Below are positions 18,010 to 26,582 of a DNA stretch of 64,000 nucleotides, one piece after another (position 1 is the first letter of the stretch; every line of letters begins with the position of its first letter). Under the pieces are notes generated by a model that saw only the letters and a program-made list of their open reading frames with translations, was not told the origin of the DNA and did no database searches. Origin of the DNA: Akkermansia muciniphila (GTDB lineage Bacteria; Verrucomicrobiota; Verrucomicrobiia; Limisphaerales; UBA9464); the NCBI GenBank assembly GCA_945898055.1, contig CAMDGV010000012.1:4871-68870 (forward strand), given 5' to 3'. The position numbers and the translations under genes were made by a program.

Positions 18010-19499
18010 ACTCCACGACTGCATCCAAGGCCCTGAAAGCACTTCTTCCGGGGGATTTTTCCAACGAAACTGGCCGTCGCGCGCACCTAGCTGAAATAGA
18101 TGCCTCCTGCCGGGTGCCAGTTCTTTTCTTTTTTCTGAGTGGGCTTTTATGGCTCTTGATTGGGACGCTTTTCGCACTATTGGCTAGCATTAAACTCCAC
18201 ACGCCTGAGTTTCTTGCCGGTCAAGAATGGCTTACTTTTGGGAGGGTCCGGACGGTGCATCTAAACACTGTGGTGTATGGCTTTGCCTCGCAGACGGCCA
18301 TCGCTGTAGCTATCTGGCTGATGTGCCGACTCTGCCGAGTGCCACTGATCGCCTCAGGCGTGATTACGGTGGCCAATCTTTTCTACAATATCGGTCTAAC
18401 CGTGGGTATTATCGGAATTTTTGCTGGTGACTCAACTGGGATCGAATGGTTGGAGATCCCCAAGTACGCTACCCCGATTATATTCGTGAGTTACGCACTT
18501 ATTGCGGTCTGGATGATTATAATTTTTCGCCTTCGGACGGAGCGCCATTTATACGTATCGCAGTGGTACTTGTTGGCTGCTGTTTTGTGGTTTCCATGGA
18601 TCTATGGCACCGCTCAAGTGATGTTGCTGGTCGAACCCGTTCGCGGTGTGGTTCAAGCGGCGATTAACTGGTGGTTTGCCCATAATGTGCTCGGCCTCTG
18701 GTTCACTCCGATTGGCCTCGCGGCGATCTATTATTTTATCCCCAAGGTGATCGGGAGGCCTATCCATAGTTATTATCTTAGCGTCCTTGGATTCTGGTCT
18801 TTGGCTCTCTTTTATAATTGGAATGGTATGCATCATTTGGTGGGTGGGCCGTTGCCTGCTTGGATGATTACCGTCAGCATCGTCGCATCAGTGATGATGC
18901 TCATCCCCGTGTTCGCGGTGGCGATTAATCATCATTTCACTCTAGTTGGGCATTTCGGTAAACTTAAACACAGTCCGACTCTTCGATTTATTGTTTTTGG
19001 GGCGGTCTCGTACACACTTACTAGTTTGCAAGGGGTCCTAAGTGCTTTGCGTAGCTTTAGTGAAGTTTCTCATTTTACCCATCATACTGTCGCTCACGCG
19101 CACCTCGGAATGTACGCCTTCTTCGGCATGGTTATGTTTGGTTCTATGTACTATATCCTCCCTCGGATTACTCAACGGGAGTGGCCTTCAAATCGTCTGA
19201 TTTCTGTGCACTTTTGGGCTTCCGCCTTGGGTATTATTTTGTATGTGGTTCCTTTGAGTCTTGCTGGTTTCCAACAAGGCCGCCTGATGAATAATGCCGC
19301 AGTTAAGTTTCTTGATGTCGTGCAGTTCACTCTTCCTTGGCTTCAACTTCGCACCTTGGCTGGTTGTCTGCTGGCTTTGGCTCATTTGGCCTTCGTGGTT
19401 CATGTCGGCTGGCTCCTCCTTCGAATGCTCGAACCGTATCGTAAACCTGTTCTCAATATTCTCACGGGCGGTGAAATCCCCGCTACCACAGAGAAATAG
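18006..19499 (+). CDS. ccoN: cbb3-type cytochrome c oxidase subunit I (CcoN)
   Basis: Polytopic haem-copper oxidase. Motifs include WWFAHNVLGLWFTP, NWNGMHHL and HFTHHTVAHAHLGMYAFFGM. Confidence 0.9.
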   Translation: MNSTTASKALKALLPGDFSNETGRRAHLAEIDASCRVPVLFFFLSGLLWLLIGTLFALLASIKLHTPEFLAGQEWLTFGRVRTVHLNTVVYGFASQTAIAVAIWLMCRLCRVPLIASGVITVANLFYNIGLTVGIIGIFAGDSTGIEWLEIPKYATPIIFVSYALIAVWMIIIFRLRTERHLYVSQWYLLAAVLWFPWIYGTAQVMLLVEPVRGVVQAAINWWFAHNVLGLWFTPIGLAAIYYFIPKVIGRPIHSYYLSVLGFWSLALFYNWNGMHHLVGGPLPAWMITVSIVASVMMLIPVFAVAINHHFTLVGHFGKLKHSPTLRFIVFGAVSYTLTSLQGVLSALRSFSEVSHFTHHTVAHAHLGMYAFFGMVMFGSMYYILPRITQREWPSNRLISVHFWASALGIILYVVPLSLAGFQQGRLMNNAAVKFLDVVQFTLPWLQLRTLAGCLLALAHLAFVVHVGWLLLRMLEPYRKPVLNILTGGEIPATTEK

Positions 19500-19502
19500 T
19501 CC

Positions 19503-20138
19503 ATGAGCTACGGCCCACTTCTCTTCCTCGGAATCCTTTTTACCCTAGCCTCAAGCTGGGTGGGATTGGTCTTGATCCCTCAGCGTCAGTTGGGGGCACT
19601 TGAACAGTTCACCGATACCAACACTGCTGCCATTTATCCTCAGGCACGCGCGGGTCAGGCGCAGCAAGGGGCTGAACAGTATCGTGCTTTAGGGTGTATT
19701 TATTGTCATACTCAACAGGTCCGACCTGAGGGTTACGGTGCAGATATCACCCGCGGTTGGGGACGTCGACGTACGGTCAGTCGTGATTATATCCACGATA
19801 AAACGGTGATGCTTGGGACCATGCGAACTGGACCTGACTTGACTAATATAGGAGAGCGGCAGTCTGATTCCTCTTGGCATTTTAAGCATCTTTATAATCC
19901 GCAGATCACCAGTGCCGGAAGTGTGATGCCGCCCTATCCATTTCTTTTTGAAATTCGGCCGATTGGACCTTTCGGATCATCCACGAATGCTTTGTCGCTC
20001 CAAGGTGTGTTTGCTCCACCCGTCGGATCTGAAGTCGTGCCCACCCTTAGAGCAAAGCAACTCGTCGAATATTTACGCAGTTTGAAATCTTCCGGTGACC
20101 TACCCGAAGCCCCAGTCAAAAAAGAGGAGACCAAGTGA
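19503..20138 (+). CDS. ccoO: cbb3-type cytochrome c oxidase subunit II (CcoO, monohaem)
   Basis: N-terminal TM helix, CIYCHTQQVR, GPDLTNIG and WHFKHLYNP, which are FixO-like. Confidence 0.9.
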   Translation: MSYGPLLFLGILFTLASSWVGLVLIPQRQLGALEQFTDTNTAAIYPQARAGQAQQGAEQYRALGCIYCHTQQVRPEGYGADITRGWGRRRTVSRDYIHDKTVMLGTMRTGPDLTNIGERQSDSSWHFKHLYNPQITSAGSVMPPYPFLFEIRPIGPFGSSTNALSLQGVFAPPVGSEVVPTLRAKQLVEYLRSLKSSGDLPEAPVKKEETK

Positions 20139-20923
20139 AGCAACCTCTCGATTCCCATCGACCGCTAGGTGTCCTCGATCAGGGGGAGATCAATGACGTC
20201 ACTGAATTGCACTCCGCGGTGATCCGAGAGAAACCGGAACCGCGCGAGGGATTTGAGCCGTTGAGTCTCTGGATTGTGGCTGGTATCGCAGTCTTGTTAT
20301 TTTGGGGAGGCTCTTATTTGACCGCGTACAGTGGTCGTTTTGAGGCGGGTGAATTTTCTGAGTTTCAGCACGGACGTCCCCTCCCTGTTACTGAGGGGCC
20401 TGTCGATCCGCTTGCTGCTTTGAAGCGTGAGGGAATGATCGCCTATAATGGAGTGTGTGCGGCCTGCCACAACGAAGATGGCGCTGGAAAAACTGGCGTG
20501 GCGCCTCAATTAGTTAATTCCGATTGGGTTAATGCAGAAGATGCATCCCGCTTGGTTCGTATTGTTTTACATGGACTTACGGGGCCGATTAAAATCAATG
20601 CCACCACTGAGTTCAACATGGTGGGTGCTGCTATGCCCGCCCAATATGATGGGATTGGTGGAACCGATGCCAAATTGGCCGCGGTTTTAACATATATTCG
20701 GACCTCGTGGGGAAACACGGCCAAAGGGGTCACTGCTGATGAGGTAAAGGTAATTAGACTCGCTGCAGGTGTTCGAACCGAGGCTTGGACGCCGGTTGAG
20801 TTACTGGCTTTACCCGTGGGGGGCGGTGCTTCGGCGGCGCTAAGTTCCGATCAGTTGAAAGAGAAGCTCAAAGCTTTGCCTGCCGATCAGCTTCAGTCAT
20901 TACTCAAAGAGTTGTCCAAGTAG
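20135..20923 (+). CDS. Membrane-anchored monohaem cytochrome c in the CcoP position
   Basis: A GTG start overlaps the ccoO stop (GTGA). It has one TM helix and a single CAACH with downstream MPAQ. I found no second CxxCH. Confidence 0.7.
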   Translation: MKQPLDSHRPLGVLDQGEINDVTELHSAVIREKPEPREGFEPLSLWIVAGIAVLLFWGGSYLTAYSGRFEAGEFSEFQHGRPLPVTEGPVDPLAALKREGMIAYNGVCAACHNEDGAGKTGVAPQLVNSDWVNAEDASRLVRIVLHGLTGPIKINATTEFNMVGAAMPAQYDGIGGTDAKLAAVLTYIRTSWGNTAKGVTADEVKVIRLAAGVRTEAWTPVELLALPVGGGASAALSSDQLKEKLKALPADQLQSLLKELSK

Positions 20924-21729
20924 ATGTTCATTTGAAGATGGATTTCGTTTCGGTTTATCAGATTCTGAGGCGGTGATTCATTCGCTTCGCATGGATTAGT
21001 CTCTGGGGCATTTCAGGAGCTTGGGCATCAAACGTTCAGACCTCAGAAAATTCGGGGTAAATCCCCAAAATCAGGTGAGACTTCAAATCCCTGAATTTCG
21101 GGTAATTTTGCTGAGGATTGCTCAGGTTCCAATCCGGACTTTGAGGTCGAGTTCCGAACGGCGCGCGAGGCGAAAGCGGAGTCGTCAGCCCGGGAGCTTC
21201 GGGTGCGCCAGTCGCCGCTGATTGATGGTCTCGAGGGTCTGACTCACCCTGCGTTTAAATTCGCCGCCGTAGCTGCCCCCGGGAAAGAGGTGGATCAGGA
21301 CCTCGGTTGAACTCACTTCCAAGACCCCGGGAGGGTGGGTGAGCTGACGAAATTGTCCCCCTTGGCGGCAATTAAAATTCCCCACTTGAGGTGAGGGGTG
21401 GATGCGGTGGGAATGGCTCGCTGGGTGGGTGAATCGGATCAGTATTTTTTAAATAATGCCGTGCACCTTTTGGACGAGTTTCTTCGGGGAGCAGAGCCGC
21501 CGGCGGAGGCTCAGATTCTCTTTGGACCTGGAAAAGGGCATGGCTGGAATCCAGAGGAGTTGATGGATCGACTGAGGACCATGCAAACCCGATTAGAAGA
21601 GGGTCGCCCCCAATCAACGAGTGCGGCACGTGACTCTTATTTCCGTGGCCGTTTTTTACACGCTTCAGGCTGTCCTCACTGCAAAGGACGTCTTTAGTCG
21701 AGTCCCTCTTAATTTATTCTGATTAGGTT

Positions 21730-23640
21730 TTACCGAGGTAACCTTTGGGGCAGGTCCGCGACAGCGTAAACCATTGCTGCCAAGGTGGCGGTGCACTGGG
21801 CTAGATCTTTGGGGTCCACCGCTTCAACTGTGTCGGCTTCAGTATGGTGAAAACGAAAGTAGCGTCCGTTAGGCATATGCAATCCCATCACTGGCACGCC
21901 TCGTTCCAATAGATGCGACGTATCGGCTTGGACCCCGTAAGAGTCCGCTTTGCCTGCCTCGAGAACTTCAGTCAGAAAGGTATGAATCGGTTCCAAGAGT
22001 GTCCGGGCCGCCGCGCTCCCAGTGAATCCAAAGCCGGTGGGACGGAAGGTCCCTGAGTCGCTTTCAATGGCCAAAATATGGGCGTCTAACTCGGCGAGGT
22101 GCGCGTCTCGATAGGCTTTGCCGCCTCCCCCCGAGTTCTCTTCGCCGGTCCAGAGGACACAGCGGATGGTTCGTCGCGGTCGCAAGCCCGCTTTCTTGAT
22201 CAATCTAAGAGCCTCCCAAGAGGCGACGCAGCCCCCAGCGTCGTCTTGCGCGCCTTGGCCGACATCCCACGAATCAATGTGGCCCCCGATGAGCACAATT
22301 TCTTCCGGCCTCTCGCGGCCTCGAATCTCGGCGATGACATTGCGACCTGTGACGTCGGGATAGGTTGCTGCTGCCATTTCTAATCGCACCGTTACTTTTT
22401 GCCCACGCGCCACATAACGAGCTAAGCGGTTGGCATCCTCGGCAGCCAACGCCGCATGAGGTATCTTTTGGACATTGGTGGCATATCCCATTGCTCCCGT
22501 GTGCGGTGTACGAAGTGAGTAATCGCCGACCGATCGAATGAGACTCGCCGCCGCCCCGGCCTTGGCTGCTGCGATGGCACCCGACCAGCGAAACTGCACG
22601 GTCTCGCCGTAACTGGTAAATGGAGCATTGAAGAGGACAATCTTTCCACGCGCTTCGGTTGATCGCTTGGTCAATTCTGCGAAATTGGTGACCACGAGAA
22701 CCTCAGCGGTGATTCCCCCCGCAGGGGTGCCAATGCTGCCGCCGAGGCCTAGCATGGGGAGTGACTCGGTTCGTGGGGAAAGTAAATGGACAGATTCCTG
22801 CCCACGAACCCAATGAGGTACCTGTGCCGCTTCAGTATGAACGGTCTCTAAGCCATCTGTCTTCATCTGAGCTTGAATCCAGTCGATCGCCATTTCCAAA
22901 TTGGTAGATCCGGTTGAGCGCGCTCCAAACGTATCACATAACTCAGCCAGACGATCCCAGGCTGCGTGCGAGTTTGTGGCAGCATTTACCAGTTGAATCA
23001 TGGCTGCTTGGGTGTCTTTGGGAAGACTCGCCTCGAGTGGGCGCCACCGGAATTTGCGTAAGGCTCCAGCGGTGCTCCACGAGGCGACGCCCAACGGTTT
23101 ACTTAACTCGATATCGCCTTCTCGCAAGGCGAGGCGACGCCCCTCTGTCTTGAAATGAATTACCGGCTCTTGATCGAGCCAAACCGAGACGTTGGTGCTG
23201 GATACTTGCAATCGGACCGAATACCAGCGGCCGCTTTCAAACCGATGAAGACGAGTCGTCTCATTCTGATTCGCCGAATCGCCGTCAATGTTGGAGAGTC
23301 CGATAACGCTCCCTCCCCAACCCCCAAGAATCAGGCTAAGATGCGAGTCGCCGACAGGAAAAGTCAGCCCGCAGAAAAAATCGATTCCTAGGACCCTTTT
23401 TGCTTCCAATTCGATCTCGTATCCAATGGTAGGAAAGTCATTGGTCCAAGTGATTCCCGTTAATATCCCTTGGGCCAGATGGAGTTCTCCGTCCTTAACC
23501 TCCACCTCGCCAGCACCGCCAAAGGGAGTTGGCTTCCAACCTTCGAGGGATTTGCCATCAAATAAAGGGCTCCAAGCCGCAGTGGCGGCGGTCCAAGAAA
23601 GGAAAGAAAGAAAGAGACCAAGGACGAACAGGTGCGTCAT
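21730..23640 (-). CDS. Secreted DUF1080-domain / M28-family aminopeptidase fusion
   Basis: Signal peptide MTHLFVLGLFLSFLSWTAATA. DUF1080-like LFDGKSLEGWKPTPFGGAGEVEVKDGEL. M28 motif GGHIDSWDVGQGAQDDAGG. The ATG at 23640 is preferred to 23676. Confidence 0.8.
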   Translation of the reverse strand: MTHLFVLGLFLSFLSWTAATAAWSPLFDGKSLEGWKPTPFGGAGEVEVKDGELHLAQGILTGITWTNDFPTIGYEIELEAKRVLGIDFFCGLTFPVGDSHLSLILGGWGGSVIGLSNIDGDSANQNETTRLHRFESGRWYSVRLQVSSTNVSVWLDQEPVIHFKTEGRRLALREGDIELSKPLGVASWSTAGALRKFRWRPLEASLPKDTQAAMIQLVNAATNSHAAWDRLAELCDTFGARSTGSTNLEMAIDWIQAQMKTDGLETVHTEAAQVPHWVRGQESVHLLSPRTESLPMLGLGGSIGTPAGGITAEVLVVTNFAELTKRSTEARGKIVLFNAPFTSYGETVQFRWSGAIAAAKAGAAASLIRSVGDYSLRTPHTGAMGYATNVQKIPHAALAAEDANRLARYVARGQKVTVRLEMAAATYPDVTGRNVIAEIRGRERPEEIVLIGGHIDSWDVGQGAQDDAGGCVASWEALRLIKKAGLRPRRTIRCVLWTGEENSGGGGKAYRDAHLAELDAHILAIESDSGTFRPTGFGFTGSAAARTLLEPIHTFLTEVLEAGKADSYGVQADTSHLLERGVPVMGLHMPNGRYFRFHHTEADTVEAVDPKDLAQCTATLAAMVYAVADLPQRLPR

Positions 23641-23776
23641 AGGACGGACTATGGCACCGCTTGGATACGTGTACAAAGCGGAAGAAGAGTTCAGCCCACA
23701 ATCTGCAGCGGATGAAGAGCCTGACTCGAGCCTGCGCGCTGGAGGTAAATTCCGAAAATGGGTTCGGAAGGCCGAC

Positions 23777-24604
23777 CTATTTGGTTGGCTTGATAAGGTG
23801 ATTGGGGAGGTCTTTTATGGTGTAGAGCGAAAGGTCCTCTTTGGGCTTGGGCCAGGTTAAATTCAATTCTTCCAATGCTTCGCAGACTCGTTGAGCTATG
23901 ACATAATCGCGGACCCATTTTCGATCGGCTGGGATCAGATGCCAGCGCGCATGAGCAGGGGAGCAGCGATTTAGAATGTCCTGATAGGCATCCATAAACT
24001 CCTCCCAACGCTCACGCATCTGCAGATCGGAGCTCTCAAATTTCCAATTCTTGGCCGGATCCTCCAAGCGCGCCCGTAAACGTTCAGCCTGTTCTTGGGG
24101 CGAGATATGGAGGTAAAATTTTAGAAGTGTGCAACCCGCCTCGTGGAGATTGAGTTCAAATCGGTTGATTTGCTGGTAACGAAGGGACCAAGTGGATTTC
24201 GGGACCAGGTTCAAAACGCGAGCAACGAGGACATCCTCATAATGGGAACGGTTAAAAACACCAATCCGGCCGAATCTGGGTATGGCTTTATGGACACGCC
24301 AGAGGAAGTCATGGGCGAGTTCTTCGGAGGAAGGGGCTTTAAAATTAGAGACCTCGACCCCGGCTGGATTCACCTGCTTTAAGAGGCTGTTTGTTGCGCC
24401 ATCTTTGCCGCTCGCGTCCATACCTTGAAAGATAACGAGCACTGAACAGTGATTATTCGCGTAGAGCTTGGCTTGAAGAGCGCCGATTTTCTCACAGAGT
24501 AGTTGGGTTTCCATTCGAGCTTTTTCTTTGGTGAAACCAAATGTTTCAGCAGGATCATACTGACGGATTCGGATCCGGCTCTTGATGAGGATGGTTGGAG
24601 GCAT
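23777..24604 (-). CDS. ppk2: Polyphosphate kinase 2 (PPK2) family protein
   Basis: VIFQGMDASGKDG (Walker A), FLWRVHKAIP, IGVFNRSHYEDVL. The single-domain size is about 275 aa. Confidence 0.9.
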   Translation of the reverse strand: MPPTILIKSRIRIRQYDPAETFGFTKEKARMETQLLCEKIGALQAKLYANNHCSVLVIFQGMDASGKDGATNSLLKQVNPAGVEVSNFKAPSSEELAHDFLWRVHKAIPRFGRIGVFNRSHYEDVLVARVLNLVPKSTWSLRYQQINRFELNLHEAGCTLLKFYLHISPQEQAERLRARLEDPAKNWKFESSDLQMRERWEEFMDAYQDILNRCSPAHARWHLIPADRKWVRDYVIAQRVCEALEELNLTWPKPKEDLSLYTIKDLPNHLIKPTK

Positions 24605-24807
24605 GATTCGATTGGAAGAAGTTACTCTTTCGAGGCAGGAAATGTGGCTCGTGGGAAAGATGGGGATCGTTTGGTAGGTGAAAGGCTCTTAGCCGATCAG
24701 CCCGTGCGCCTGTAGTTTTTTTATCTCAAGAGGGATCGTAAGGAAAGCGAGGATTGGATCGACAAACCTTTGAATCCGGTCGCAGTCGTGGTCACGATAG
24801 GGACTTG

Positions 24808-25431
24808 ATGATCGACTGCTTTGAAGTGCTTGGCGAAGCGCGCCGCCCATGGATTGACGTGGAGGCCTTGCGGATTCGTTTTCTGACACTATCCGTTGCA
24901 GCGCATCCCGATCGGGTTCATGGAGGGACTGTTGCCGAGAGGGAGGCTGCCACGGTGTGTTCCGCTCAGATCAATGCAGCGTTTAATACGCTTCGTGAAC
25001 CCCGTGATCGTCTTTTTCATCTTCTTGAATTAGAGCTGGGAGTTCGTCCCCCCGATATTCAAAGAATTTCTCCGGGCACCATGGACCTCTTTGCAGAAAT
25101 TGGAGAAGTATGTCGCGATGTTGATACCTTTCTCGGTGTTCCTAATCGGGCGGATTCTTCCCCAATGTTGCGTTTAAAACGGATGCAAGCGGTGTTAAGT
25201 TGGTCAGATCGTTTGATGTTTCTGCAGGGCAAGGTGAACAGCTTACGGGATGGATTGGATCTGTCGGTTAAAGCATTAAATCCAGCGTGGGAAGCCGTCA
25301 TCAATCTCCCGGTCGAAGACCGTCTAGCCGCCCTGCCGATTAGCCGACTTGAAGAACTTTCTCGGTCAATGAGCTATGTGACTCGCTGGACCTCGCAGAT
25401 TCAGGAGCGACTCGCTCATTTAGCCGCCTGA
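24808..25431 (+). CDS. J-domain co-chaperone, HscB-like
   Basis: CFEVLGEARRPWIDVEALRIRFLTLSVAAHPDRV...INAAFNTLREPRDRLFHLLELE contains the HPD motif and has an HscB-like layout with a helical C-domain. The ATG at 24808 is preferred to the TTG at 24754. Confidence 0.7.
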   Translation: MIDCFEVLGEARRPWIDVEALRIRFLTLSVAAHPDRVHGGTVAEREAATVCSAQINAAFNTLREPRDRLFHLLELELGVRPPDIQRISPGTMDLFAEIGEVCRDVDTFLGVPNRADSSPMLRLKRMQAVLSWSDRLMFLQGKVNSLRDGLDLSVKALNPAWEAVINLPVEDRLAALPISRLEELSRSMSYVTRWTSQIQERLAHLAA

Positions 25432-25461
25432 TTGATGGGAATAATAATCGTCGTCGTACAC

Positions 25462-25620
25462 GGCGGAGAACGGGTCGCCAACCTGTTTTCGCTGACGTTC
25501 AGCTGCGACCGATTGAAGAGGGAACCGGACGCCTACCTGTGCGACATCGTGCCTCGGTTATCGAGTCATTCAGAGCGGGAAATCTGGAAACTGACCCCGC
25601 GCGGATGGCGCGACAGTTGA
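25462..25620 (+). pseudogene. IS66-family transposase, extreme C-terminal remnant (second, independent copy)
   Basis: GGERVANLFSLTFSCDRLKREPDAYLCDIVPRLSSHSEREIWKLTPRGW matches the IS66 Tnp C-terminal consensus (GGERAA-IYSLI-TCK-NG-P-AYL--VL-RL....ELLPWNW). Everything upstream is missing. Confidence 0.6.
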
Positions 25621-25868
25621 GCCCTGGTAGAGGCCGAAGCGGCCGATCCCACCGGCACCGGGGGACCTCGCCCGTGGGGCGCTCCGGACGCTTGCTCGCC
25701 TACGGCTCGCGCCGCTTCCTGCGCTACGATCCGAGCACCCGCAGGCGTGAAAGAGAGCTTGCGCGGCAGCACGCCAGAGCAGGCAAGTAAGGGAGCTACG
25801 GCGTCCACCACCGTGAGGCCTCGAGCCGCTTTCTGAAATCCGCTACGGTGTCCTTCTCGAATGAGGCA

Positions 25869-26582
25869 TCACGTGGGAGTTAAGCCCTCTTTCCAAGGCG
25901 GACAAATTTCGAAACGGTAGCCGATCTGGGGGACGGTTTGGACAAACCTCGGTCGATGTGGGTTAGGCTCAATTTTTGCTCTGAGTGTGGTGATCGCACG
26001 GTCCACGCTGCGGTCCGTGACGATAAAGTCATCACCCCAAACTGCAGTGAGTATTTGGTTGCGGGTGACAGCTCGGCCGATGTTGCGAATGAAATAATCG
26101 AGCAATCCGTATTCTTTGGGTGTCAGGTCAACCCAACTATTCTTGTGCCGCAAACGTTTAGAACCTCGGTCCAATTCGAATTCGCCGAATTCAACGAGGT
26201 CAGGCAAGTTCTTCCGTCTGCGCTGAAGAAAGCGGGAGGCTCTTGCCATCAGTTCTTGGATGCTGAAGGGTTTAGTCATGTAGTCATCTGCGCCCAGATT
26301 TAAGCCTCGAATGATCTGCTCTTCTTGCCCCAAAGCGGTGATCATAATAATGGGCATGTCGAGTTCTGCAGCTCTGATTGATTGGCAAAGTTGGTAACCA
26401 TTTTGCCCTGGGAGCATAAGGTCTAGGAGGATGAGATTTGGGCGGATTGAAAGGGCGAGTTGCAGGCCGAGGGTGCCATCCACTGCGGTTCGCACTTGGT
26501 AGCCAGCTCGTTCGAAAGTATCACGGAGACCGAAGAGGATAGAGGGATCGTCCTCGATAATGAGTACGGTTTCTTGCTTCAT
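25869..26582 (-). CDS. OmpR-family response regulator
   Basis: Receiver domain (LIIEDDP...LILLDLMLPG...TKPF) plus a winged-helix domain (LTPKEYGLLDYFIRN...VPQIGYRF). Confidence 0.9.
   Translation of the reverse strand: MKQETVLIIEDDPSILFGLRDTFERAGYQVRTAVDGTLGLQLALSIRPNLILLDLMLPGQNGYQLCQSIRAAELDMPIIMITALGQEEQIIRGLNLGADDYMTKPFSIQELMARASRFLQRRRKNLPDLVEFGEFELDRGSKRLRHKNSWVDLTPKEYGLLDYFIRNIGRAVTRNQILTAVWGDDFIVTDRSVDRAITTLRAKIEPNPHRPRFVQTVPQIGYRFEICPPWKEGLTPT

Noticed and set aside
21185-21629. The two abutting minus-strand ORFs, read as a frameshifted 2OG-Fe(II)-oxygenase-like gene (…HPPLTSSGEF / …LIHLFPGGSYGGEF…RRVSQT).
   Set aside because: The resemblance to the H-x-H-P…SG…FPS-x-L-x-H pattern is weak and the metal-ligand His residues do not line up. 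It is kept only as part of the unresolved-tract finding.
23288-24008. ORFs 23288..23860(+) and 23691..24008(-), which span the M28/PPK2 intergenic region.
   Set aside because: They mostly overlap well-supported genes on the opposite strand and have biased composition. The true intergenic gap (23641-23776) is too short for a gene.
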